DNA from: Intoshia linei
Lineage: Eukaryota; Animalia; Orthonectida
DNA length: 64,000 nucleotides
Assembly (NCBI GenBank): GCA_001642005.1
Contig: LWCA01000012.1
Span: forward strand, 1-64,000
Direction of reading: 5' to 3'
Below, piece after piece: positions 39,301-51,200 of this stretch. Within the stretch, counting starts at the first letter, position 1. The number at the start of each line of letters is the position of its first letter. Under the pieces are notes generated by a model, which did not search any database, had not been told where the DNA came from, and worked only from the letters and a program-made list of their open reading frames with translations. The translations under genes and the position numbers were made by a program.

Positions 39301-42300
39301 TGGATTCATATACCACGTATGCATAAAATGTAGAGTCAATTCTAATTTCAGTTGGAGTAGATTGTGTGCCGTGAATTGATTCAATATCAACATTAAATTC
39401 ATTAATTGAAGAAGGTGCAGTTTCATCAACTTCAAGTGTTGCCATATGAAATCCTTGACATACAAACACATGCTCATTTGATAATAATCCCAAATTGGCA
39501 TTGATACCAAAAACCTTTTTAATTCCAACATTAATGAGTAAATTTTTAAGGTTCATCTTGGACGTGACATTAAACTTTGGTAAAAACAAACTGACTGGTC
39601 CAACTTTGGCTCCTGTCTCAAAAACCCCAATCCAATCATTATCGCGTAAACATTCAAGTGGTTGAACTATTAGTAAACTGAGTCCATTTAAAGAATAAGG
39701 AATTTCTACAATATTAAACTTTTCATTTTGAAAATGTTTGAATGTTGCGTTGATGTACATTGTGTCAACTTGGGTGACTTCATCCAGCCCCATCGAAGTA
39801 AATTTCCGTTTACTAGTAAGATTTTTATCAAATGGTTGTTTAAATGCTGCTTTCATGGAGATTGCATTAATAATAACCGATCTTACACCTGGTAAAATCG
39901 CCCCTTCTGGTACAAGATCATTTATTTCATTGTGAGTAATTTTACTAACAACCTCATTAATTTTATCTACTTCTTCTTTCTTTGTAAAATCCATTGTCTC
40001 GACATTGTCATAATCAATTCCAATATCAAAAAGTGATTTTAAATAGCATGGTTTTATGTAATACCCAAATGAAATGTAAAATTTGTTGATCATTTCAAAT
40101 TTGATATCGTTAGATAGCATAATTTCATTTTTCAAGTTTGATAACCATTCAAAAGATTTACCTATATTGTTAAATTGGAGAAATTCACTGCGAGCCATAG
40201 ATGGCACACCGTAATATATCATTGATAGAACCATATCCATTGACAATTGTGAAAAACATAGATTATCATCGTGACTATTTTCAACCAGTGTTTGCATTAT
40301 AACACTGTGCACATCTTTTTTTGTCGATCCTGTTTTAAATAATATTGAATTTATACAAACCAAAGTTGCAACAAGTATGGATAAAATTTTAAACATTTCT
40401 AGTTCTTTTTAGATTAAGATTCAAATAAATGAAATTATCAAATTATTTATTGGTTTATATACACTCGCATTATCACAGTTTGATGATTTTGGGTTTCAAA
40501 TTCAGAAATGCAATATGCGGATAAATACATTATCTTGATTTTTCCTCATGCTAGATTTCATATGTAGCATTATAAGATTATATGTTATTGAAATTAAACA
40601 ATTTTGTAGCCAATTATTAAAAATGTTTAACTTTGACTGAAATGTAGATGGATCAATTACGAAAAATGCAGTATAGTGTACCGATTACCAGAATGCATAT
40701 TTCACAGAGTGTGAACTGATGATATTAGATATATTATTATAATTATGATCTTGTTAAATTAATGTACAGTAAACGTTTTGTACAATTTCGTGTCAACCTG
40801 TGCAAAGGGTAATTGTACATTTGCCACTGATTTTCAATTCTGCCAATTCACAACCAATGTAAAACTACCAATACAAGTTTTTAACCTTTAAAAATTTCAT
40901 TAAAAGATTATTTTAATAATTGCAAAAAATCCTTTCTGAGTTATGAATACTAAGTTAATTCTAACGTATATAATATGCTACGCGATTTTTGTTTGTGTGT
41001 GTGTCCTGCTTTATTTAAATAACTACCCGTCTTAGAATTTTATAAAGTCCACATTTCAATTACAGTTTCATTACAAATTTTTTCGGGGGTGTTTGCAAAC
41101 ATAATTTTAACATCCCAAACTCCCATCTTACAGGTCAAAAACCCCAATTGTCCAAATTACCCTTCTTTTTTAAATGAAAACAGCCCTAGAATTTAAAAAA
41201 ATTGACAGGTTGTACAGTTGTATCCTGTTAACACACACAGAAAATTTCAATCCGAATACTGACGACTTCACGGCCAAAAAAGCATTTTAGTATGCATATT
41301 GTTTTTTTCGAAATATTTTATTAAAACAAAAAATGTGAAATAATTATAGGTCCAAAAATTAAAAAAAATACTTAACAAAAAATAGCAGTGAACGTCTACA
41401 CATTTCCAATAAAGAAATATGGGTGAAAATCTATATAATTCATTCTTTCGGAATTTTTTTTATTGCTACTCAATTTTTAAATTTCAAATTCTTATTTTCA
41501 AAACATTTTGAATAAAATTTAAATAGAAACTAAAAAAACTGTTAATATCATTTTTATATTTATTACAATCCTTTGTTAAGTCAAATGTTAACAAACAAAA
41601 AATTAAGATGAAATAATTGACTGTAAGGTAATGTTATATGATGGTTCCACATGACACAAATTTGGGAACCACTCTTTTGAAGGATTGATAATAGTGAATA
41701 GTAGGATTTTTAAATTATATTTTCAACGTCAATTTATTTTTTAAGTATAATACAAATGTGCCCTCGGCAGAGCTAGGTCCTGTTTGTACGTAGTACATAA
41801 CAATTAACCTAGTGTTATATAAGTCTAGCTTGCTTGATTTGTACCCATCTGCGTTAGAGCATAATTTCTTATTATTTTTTTAACCGATTTGCTATTTACC
41901 TATTTGCTTAATGTATTAAAAATTTCGTACACACCAGAATAATAAATTCCATTTTAATTTTAAACTTAGGCAGGTTACTTATTTAACACAATATTAGGAT
42001 GCAATCTACCAAAAATATTATGCTCAATAAATGAATTACTCGGAATTGAAAAAGAGGTTATTATGGGATTGAAATCAAAAATCGTATATTTAAAAAAAAT
42101 GTTAATATAAGGTATCTAGAATATCGATATGGATACTGAAACTCTTATGTTTAACAAAGGTAAATTAATGCGATGAAACGACCATAGTTAAACAGTTTTA
42201 TCGTCTCTATACATATATATCTTAATACCACTATTTACTGAACAAAATATATATTGTAACTTTACTATGATAAATTTAATTTATGACTGTCATAAATTAT

Positions 42301-45300
42301 GACTTACAATGCATTTTCGATATAAATATATTACAGTAATTAAATATATTGATAAATCATTTAAAATTTAAAATTTGTATAAATTGTGTTAATTTATACT
42401 CAAAAACTCAACATTACTATAGTTATATTTAATTGTATAATATGACGACATTATATACATCTAATAATCTTGGATAGTCGTACACCAAACATATATATGT
42501 TTTAATTGATTTTATATGTTGTATTTATCCCTTGAATACATTTACCTACACAACATAATAGATGATGATATGAAATGGGACAATGAAATTATCAAGTTGA
42601 ATCCAATAAATAAAGGTATAATGTAAAATTAATATACTAATGTTACATTTCATTTATTAAAAGTAGACTAAAATTTTAATTTAACTGATTAATGATAATA
42701 ATAAATTAATTTAATATTTCAGAATTCAGTATGGACAGAAGAGGTATACTAATCGACTACATTAATATAACTACATTGATTTTCAATATTTATTGCGTAT
42801 TTTAGTATAGTTAAAGTTAGAATATATTAAATATAATTAATAAATTAATGCATATAATGAAGTACATTTGTATAATAATAATGTATCATTTGTAAATAAG
42901 TATCCCTTCATTACTCAGTTTAATTAATCCTATATAGATTTTTAGATACCTCACCATCCATTCCATTATTATAGTATTTTATTTATTTAAACTTATGATC
43001 TGTTCATTTTCATAAAATTTTAATCTTGAATGTACTATTTACTTTATTTTAGATAAAATTAAGAATCGAGAATTGCGGTATAGTTTAATAAAGCGTTACA
43101 GTTTACCATTGGAAGTCATACAAAATATTTCATCAAATAGTTTAAATTATTACAAAAATAGTGTCGACATGACTAGCACACCTTCATATAAATCAAATGT
43201 ATGGGTAGAGACACCTTATGGAGATAAAGCCAATGCAGCAGATGTAAATAATTCAGAAAATGACGTTGACTCGGCATCTATCCCGATTAAACAACTTTCC
43301 TTGTCAAATTCACCAGAGCCAGATTTTATCGGCTGTATTGGAGATAGTTTAAATATTAATACTAAAAATTATAGGAGATATGAATCTTCAATTTTAGATA
43401 ATATTGGTATTTACATTAATTTACTATAAGGGTCAGTTAATATGCTAGGGAAAATTTATCTTTTATTGTTACAATTGAATTCAACCTTTCCATCAGAATA
43501 TTATTAACGTTTATATCTATATCATATACTAGTATTATAGTAGTATTATAGTATTATGTACGTCGTACAAACAATAATGTTTGATTTAACTGGATATAAA
43601 TGTATCATCTGTAATTTTTTTAAATTATAGGGGTGTTTATATTTTTAAAAAAAAATAATATGTGGTTTTGATTCTGAAATGAAATTTTGTGCGGTTGCTA
43701 TTTATGATAATGCTTATGATTTTAAAATACATCCCAGAATTTATGTTTAATAAAATTTTAGGACATGTTTCATTTTTAAAATAAATTGTAATTTGGGGTT
43801 TTGACCATGAACGTGTGCGTTTATGAGACTAAGGTTTACGAAAATAGTAATTATTTTAAAACGGAATTTTAAAAAAATTGCGAAGTCATGAATTATATAG
43901 ATTTTAACCCATTTCTTTATTGGAAATGTGTAGACGTTCAATGCACATTTTTTTTGAAATTGTAAGATCAATATTTACATTTTCAATTTTTATTATAATG
44001 GAAATATTTGAAAAATATTGGTTGATAATATATTAAAAATTATTTTTCACTGGGAATGCGTTGATTTTTTGCAATTGACATTTTGTATTTATGTCAACTG
44101 GAATAAGCTCTATCAGAATAATTTTTTTTTTTAATTTCGGACAGTGTATTATTTCACATTTTTTGTTTTCATAAAATATTTAGAAAAAAAATATATAAAT
44201 ACTAAAATGCTTTTTTGACCGTGAAGTCGTCACTTATTCAGATTGAAATTTTTTGTGTGTATTAACAGGATACAACTGTACCACCTGTAAATTTTTTAAA
44301 TTCTAGGGCTGTTTTCATTAAAAAAAAGGGTAATTTGCGGTTTTGGCCCTGAAGATATATTTTTTAAATTTAAATTTATGATAATCTTTATGATTTTAAA
44401 ATCCGTATCAGAGTGTTTATTTTTTTAAATTCTCGAACTTTTTTGATTTTTAAAAAAAAAGGACAATTGGGTTTTGACCCGTATTGTACCGTATTTTTTA
44501 TCGTACATCGTACCCATATTTCTTTTTTTACATATTTTTCATGATTTATTTATTCTTGATTACAATTCTAGCATTAGTTATGCACTTATTCCAGTATTGT
44601 TTCTTATTTCATTTTATTAATAAATTAAAACTGTTAGTTTAATAATGATTTGAGTAAAGATATTTTTTTGTGCGGCCGCGTTATATTTTTTTGTCACATT
44701 CGGCTTGCCATGCAAATTAAGTCTAACACCCCCAAATATAATATTTGATAGATTCACTACTTTTTTAAAAAAATCTTGCCTTTTAAAATATAAAGAGTGC
44801 TCTTTCTGCAGGATCATTTACAGATACATGTAGAGCTCGTCTAACCGCATTAACATTTTATTTAAGATAATCTTGGTGTAGAATAAACTATTTCATTGGA
44901 AATTCTACTACATGTATGAGATGCATTTTTAAATTCATTTTTTTCTATATAATCCTACTTTTTAATTATTTTGGGTCATACACAATGTGTATTGCATGGA
45001 ATTATGTTTTCATTAATTATCATAATTTGAAGCATTTACGAGATATATAACAACCATTATTTGTAAATACCGAAAATTAACGAAATGTTGAAAAGAACTT
45101 CATTATACCGAAAAAATTAATGTATCAGTATATTTGAAAAAATTTTGTGTTCATTGAACACTTAGCATGTTTACTTATCTTGAGAGTAATGTGTAATACA
45201 CATTTTGTATGTTAATTAATAAATATTTAATTTATCTGTACTACTTAGGAGAAGAATCAGAAGGTAAATCAAAATCAGGTATTCATTAATACTCATTTTA

Positions 45301-46495
45301 AGTGTTATTATTATTAAAAAAGGACAATTTTTATTCATTATTTTGCACTTTATTACAAAATTTTCATTTTCCAAATAAATCATTATCTACATTTCAGAAT
45401 TTAATATCTTTTGAATGGTTTAAACTTTAAAGCCAACGAACTTTTAATTGATAAAAAATGACTAATTCCGTGTAGAAACAATTGAAAACCGTGTAGATTT
45501 GGATTAATTTCAAATTAGGCATATGAGCGATTTCTACTGTAATGTATAGATTGTACTCAAATTTAGATACCAACAGATTTAGTCAAGACGGTATATACAT
45601 TTCATCTGAAAATGGTGATTTAATTTCATGATCCTTACTAATATAAATAGAATATTTGTTTGTCTGTGTTCCAATTTATTTGAAAATCTGACAATCCCAC
45701 AAATTTAAAAATCACAAATTACGTGTCAGTTTTCAAAATATTTTCTTCTATTTTAATAAAAGTGCACAAACTAATGTATATTTAGAACTATCCGGTGAAT
45801 TTGACCTGACCAAAAATGAGAATGAAAAAAGCATTCAAAAAGATTTAACTATTTTGAATGCACCACGAAATATCCCTGAATCTGAGTCAGAAAAGTCGTC
45901 TTTTAATCAATCCAAAATATTAATTGAAGTAACTAATGAATTGGAAAAGGATCACAAATCAGGAAACTCAAATAATTCAGATAACGATAAAAAAAAATCT
46001 GACATTGAAAAATCCGATTTATCTGTCACTATTAATCAGTCCAACTCTTCAAATCCATATACTATTCAAGATGAAATTCATTTAAGTGTAGCGGAAGAAA
46101 GTGACATTATTGTAGAAACACGACATGGAGATGGTGACAAAACTGATAGACTATCAAATGAAAATACGAATCCTACAGACGATTATACCACATCAATTAA
46201 AATATCTGAAAATATTATTGTAACGGATGTATCTTCGCAAGATCAACAGATTTCTGAATCTACAAAAAGTTTGTCAATACCAATCGAATCTGGTGACTCG
46301 AGAGAAAACAGTATCATAGAAAGTTTTAAAAAAGATACTACAAATAATGATTCAACTAAACTTTCCATCTCGTCTGACAAAGTAACGAACACAGTTACAA
46401 AAGCAGTGGAAAGCAATAATGACCAAGAGAATGCTTCAAAAATTTCAAATCCTTCTGATGTTAATTACAATAGTCGAACAAGTAGTAATGTGTAG
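36397..46495 (+). CDS. Thioredoxin-domain protein, NME8 paralog lacking NDK domains, with a long Ser/Asp/Asn-rich tail (about 534 aa). Exons 36397-36481, 36952-37052, 37975-38046, 41970-42083, 42120-42159, 42562-42615, 42723-42743, 43053-43406, 45249-45278, 45567-45590, 45786-46495
   Basis: MVKSIVKFQKNLANDDMWKSMLINEGVNVIDVYQKWCGACSAL...ACVEDIEDLTKFKGHCIPTTLLFSAGYLFNTILGCNLP aligns to the NME8 Trx domain; first six intron positions and phases match the downstream NME8 gene; 1605 nt in frame. Microexons are less certain. Confidence 0.82.
37558..37861. mobile_element. hAT MITE, near-identical to 53194-53492
   Basis: TIR CAGCGGTTC / GAACCGCTG; degenerate TSD GTCTATTG/CTTTATTG; GGTACCC subterminal motifs. 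Confidence 0.85.
38290..39171. mobile_element. Partial copy of the 16057-17025 hAT MITE (right end intact, left limit approximate)
   Basis: About 550 bp highly similar to 16365-16945; ends GTTGTTCACCCCTG|GTCTAGAC. Confidence 0.8.
39254..40396 (-). CDS. Intronless secreted serpin with a non-canonical hinge, nested antisense in intron 3 of the Trx gene
   Basis: 380-aa ORF; signal peptide; NLCFSQLS, INAISMKAAFKQPFD, VEIPY, LFLPKF, HMATLEVDE serpin motifs. Confidence 0.92.
   Translation of the reverse strand: MFKILSILVATLVCINSILFKTGSTKKDVHSVIMQTLVENSHDDNLCFSQLSMDMVLSMIYYGVPSMARSEFLQFNNIGKSFEWLSNLKNEIMLSNDIKFEMINKFYISFGYYIKPCYLKSLFDIGIDYDNVETMDFTKKEEVDKINEVVSKITHNEINDLVPEGAILPGVRSVIINAISMKAAFKQPFDKNLTSKRKFTSMGLDEVTQVDTMYINATFKHFQNEKFNIVEIPYSLNGLSLLIVQPLECLRDNDWIGVFETGAKVGPVSLFLPKFNVTSKMNLKNLLINVGIKKVFGINANLGLLSNEHVFVCQGFHMATLEVDETAPSSINEFNVDIESIHGTQSTPTEIRIDSTFYAYVVYESNNDKRVVFNSLIQKL
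40960..41812 (+). mobile_element. Apparently complete non-autonomous Helitron-like element (about 850 bp)
   Basis: 5' TCTAACGTATATAATATGC...(TG)n; 3' hairpin TGTTTGTACGTAGTACATAACA then CTAG followed by T; no TIR or TSD; many partial copies in the window. Confidence 0.75.
43560..44480 (-). repeat. Reverse-oriented Helitron-like family fragments
   Basis: Reverse complement of blocks in 41100-41460 and 54480-55070. Confidence 0.7.
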
Positions 46496-46712
46496 GAATA
46501 TATTGTCTTCATTTTGAACATTTTTCATGTGTAAAATCTTTACAATTTAGTATGCATGTAAATTTTTGTTTTTAGTATGTCTAATACATTTTGTTCGTTA
46601 ATTGTTAATTTTATAAATAGTGAACAAGCATGTTTTAAGTATGTTTCAACTAAGATAATATCTTTAGTTTATTTGACATTATTATTGTCGAATGAATTCT
46701 ACATTTAAAATT

Positions 46713-47177
46713 GGCAGTCGATTTATTAGCAATCAAATAAAATGCGTTAACATTAAATAAAGTGACTTAACATCAAATTGTAAATTCTATTATCAAATAA
46801 ATACAATAGTAGTCAATAGAAAGTAATTAGACAATACTTTTATTTAATTTGAAGGCAATTTATCACGTCTAGCAACAATGCATATATTTGTGCTCAAATT
46901 AAATTTTATAGTATCAGTAATGTTAATTTTCCAAGTTAATTTATCAAATAATAACATTTAAAATCAAATTAATTTTATTTAACTTCAAATTTATGATTAA
47001 CCGTCAAATTCAAATTTTTATAAATCAAATAAATAATTATATGTAATGCAAATGAATATTAGTTTTAATATTTTTTAGCATATTGATTAAATAATTTTAT
47101 TTTAATGATTATTTTAAATCATTGATTAAATGATTAATGTTAGCGCATTTTATGTGATGGCTAATAAATCGACTGCC
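46713..47177. mobile_element. MITE with about 45-bp inverted termini
   Basis: GGCAGTCGATTTATTAGC...ATGCGTTAACATTAA versus TTAATGTTAGCGCAT...GCTAATAAATCGACTGCC; TSD not resolved. Confidence 0.7.
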
Positions 47178-47239
47178 GATTTAATTGAATTTTCTTATAA
47201 TTAATATTTCCATTAATTATTAATTAAGTTTCCAGAAAA

Positions 47240-47540
47240 ATTTTTCATTTTGAAGGAAATATTGAAATATTGGAAACAAATGAAAATATATTTGATGGAT
47301 GTATGGAAAAAATGTTCGAAGAATATGAAGTATGTTATAACAATCAGGAATGGAAGCTATCAACGTGTACTTGTCGATTTTTTTTAAAAAATTTTAAATG
47401 TAAAAACTTAATATTGGTAGCAATGCATTTAAATTTATTGAAAAATGATGATTTATTGGTTAAATCAAAATCAATTTTCATCGGAGAAAAAAAAGAGGAC
47501 GTCCCAAAGGAGCCACAAGGGCTTTAATTGTAGATTAAAT
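47240..47540 (+). mobile_element. MULE-type transposase C-terminal relic (SWIM zinc finger)
   Basis: STCTCRFFLKNFKCKNL (CxCx7CxH with H to N), followed by a frameshifted KKRGRPK motif. Confidence 0.6.
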
Positions 47541-48296
47541 AAACATTAATTAGTAGTAAATTTACTTTTTTCCTCATCTTATATATAATTTGATACTACA
47601 CATGCGATTTAATTTAATGTTTATTGTAATTATTTGACTGTTCAATCATCTATTTTATTTTTTTAAAAATATCTTTATTTTGACCTATCTGAATTTTATC
47701 GTCTATAAAATTACCTGTGATATACAATAAAGTTCAATTTAATGTTTTATTTATAAATAAGTTTTTTGAGTGACATAGTTAAAAACGATGAAAATAATCA
47801 ATTTCAAGGATTGAATTGTAGATTTATGAAATTAATATAAAAAAGCATTCCAAAATATGAAATTTATAGAATTGTAGGATCCTTAGTTTTGATTTATTTT
47901 TTAATTTTATATGTGCAAAATCAAAAAATTATTAATATTTCATGCTAAAATGCTATTAATAAGTGTATTAATTTTGAATGTCAAGATGCTAGTTTTAAGA
48001 TTGAAATTTTGTTCAGAATATAACCAGGAAAAATTGCTAAAGAATTCAATTTTTTTTATTATCGGCATGCTAATAAGAGTCACACAGACTTTTAATTTTG
48101 TACAAGTTAGGATATACATTTTTTTGCGTTATATTCTATATATTTTTTGTTTACTTTTATTGTATCCCTACATTCTTACTAAAAATTAAATTAATATAAT
48201 GAATCTTTACAATAGATAACAACAGTATCTCTGTAAAGTAAACATTAAGGTAACTAAAATATTTGAAATTAAGAATACCTGTATTATTAAAATTTA

Positions 48297-51200
48297 ATGT
48301 CTAAACGTAAAGATGCCGTCGTATTTCAGACAACTATAGAAAACACTGAGCAGTGGAAAAAAACTATTCACAGTCCGGGTCTTCACGGTATATTTAATGA
48401 TTTAAATTATAAAATAGATTAGTATAGAATTAAAGTTGTATTATAGCTTTTATTTCGTACCATTACTTATACGTTCATAAAATTAATGTAGTAATTGATG
48501 TGTATCAAAAATGGTGTGGGCCAGTATCAGCTCTGGTTCAAATATTTCGAAAATTATGCAATGAAATTGGAAACGAATTACTAAAATTCCATGTGGTAGG
48601 TTTCTATTAATATTTAGCGGTTACACAATACGGTGATGTAGGGTAGTTTCGTCTTACATTTGAAATGATACGAAAGAGAATATTAAAAAATGACGAGTAA
48701 CAATTTAGATTCTATATTATATAACAGTTACCACCAAACTACGGCACGCTGACCAAATCCGGTCCGCGAATTACAAATCTATTACAAAATACACCAGTGT
48801 TATCTTACAAATTATCATATATCATCGACTTAGATTTTAAATATATACTACCGACTTGTCATTTCTATACCATGAGAAACTTGTTGATTTATTAAATTTT
48901 AAATCATAATTTAAAATACCGTGATGTATTTTTCTATCTAACCGCGGATTTTTTTTTAGTTGTTCCGGCTCCATGTTATACAACATTCAATAAAAATTTA
49001 AATAAAGCTTTGGATACAAGATCCGATGACTTGTTGAATAAAACAGATTAATTTTATAGCACATGAATTTTAATTAAAATTAAAAATATATATTAACACT
49101 AATTTAAAGCATATCTTTATTAATTTTGCTTTAAAATAATGAATAAGCCTTAACCCTAGAATACCCTAAAACTAGATTTTAAAAACCTAAATTTGACCAT
49201 TTGACCTAAATTTGGTGGTTAAAATCACCACTGATAATAGTTCTCGTTATATTTTGATAGTTCAAAGGGTTAAACCTCTTGTGTAGTTATTAATGACATT
49301 TGAAACTAAAGCAGAACATACGGTGTGATATCTCGTCACGTATATCCTCCGAATAATTCAATCGTATGATAAATTTAACTATGCACCAAAGAACAAAAAC
49401 TCAATAATATTATCTTAGATGGGAACATATTTTTAACACAAATGTAATCGTAGTAAGTAACTACGGTCTCATTACTGATATTTGATAGATAAATGTGAAA
49501 ACAGCTGATAGTTATGATGATACTATTTTCAAGTTGACGGATATCATGGAATTTTTTATGAAATCTATTTGTTTCATACGTTACTTATTTCTTTTAGGCC
49601 TGTGCTGATACCATAGAAGTTCTTGAACCCTACAGAGGAAAAAGCAAACCAGTCACAATGTTTTTTGCGGTAAAATCATTTATTATCACGTAAATAGCTA
49701 AAAATGGATTAATTGTATGTCTGTTTGATTGTAACCATTTATTTAGAAAATAAACAGTTTCAAAACTTTAAATAACACAATTTCTAGTACAGTTTTTCAA
49801 ATCCAATACATTTTCATTGTCTGATATAGCCATCTTCATCCCCAAACCCACAAATTACCGATTATTTCAAATATAAAACTAGTCCATTAAATTAGATCCA
49901 ATAAAAAATATTGATAATTAAGATGCTATCATTAAAAAAAAATATATAGTCTGATATACTTAATTCGAGTTGATATAAACTAAAAATATTCACATCAGAA
50001 ATCTCATACTTCTGGTCAAAACGCTTTTTAATATATTATCAATCTATATATTTTAAATTTTTGAACAATAAAAATTTAAATATTTATGATAAAGTAAAAA
50101 AAATGAGTTTCAATCTCAAAGATTGATTTTTCAATTAAAATCACCTATAACTTTGTCATTATCAATTTGAAATTGATGAGATTTTGGAATATTTAGTTAA
50201 TTTGCATTTTCAGTTAATAAAATTATAAAATGTCTGCTAATTAAATTCATTTCGCAAATTATGGAAGAAATTTTAAATTTAAATTGATACTAAAAATGAA
50301 ACACCCAGGTTACAATATCTACAATGAATATTTTGAAAATTTTTGAAATTGCATTTATTGAATTTTATTATTTGTTTTAAATTCAAATTTTAATTTAATT
50401 GTTTAACTTTTTGGCTCTTTAAGAAAAATGATTAAAACATTGTAGCTTTGTTACCTAGTAACAATACTATTCCTAGTGTACTTTGGTAGTGCTGTGTATT
50501 CCAATACCATATAAGATATTTACTTCACAATATTGACTGCTTAATAGTAGCAATGTTTAGTGTACACTGTACAGTACACTTTAGGTGTTAACTTTTCACA
50601 AAAAAAAAATACAGGGTCATACATAATGAAAAATGTAAGTATATTTATGATTGCTGTTTTTAAAGTATAATTTCCAAAAAGTCAGGCCCACGTCGACAAA
50701 ATAGTTTTCTAAAATATATATAATATATTTTACGTAACCTTGTCATTTAGTTTATTTTCATTATACAGGCTAATTCCTCGTTAACGGAAAAAAATTCCTG
50801 ATTAACGGATGGTGAATTTTTCTCAAGTACAAGAATTCCGTTAAATTATAATTTAAAATTATATCATCATAATTTTTAAAAACATCAGAGTACTCGACGG
50901 AAACAGTTTTCATAAATCTCCAGTTATTATTAATTCAACTTATATATTGTTAACGGTATTATGTGCTTATAAAATATAATATATACATAAAATGTGGATT
51001 ATTAATAATTAAACCGAAAAATGAATACTTTGATTCTGATTAATATTAATTACATTAAACTATGTAATCCTATTTACCTTAATCCTGTTAGTTAGACATC
51101 AATCAGACACCGATTATTCTTGTTTCATTATTATTAATTCAACATAAACAATTCATTTAATTTGATTTTGTATAATGATATTTTGCGCATTGTGACTATT

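Noticed and set aside
40648-40810. Alternative 5' exons for the 42-46 kb gene
   Set aside because: Homology to NME8 shows the true upstream exons are at 36397-38046 and 41970
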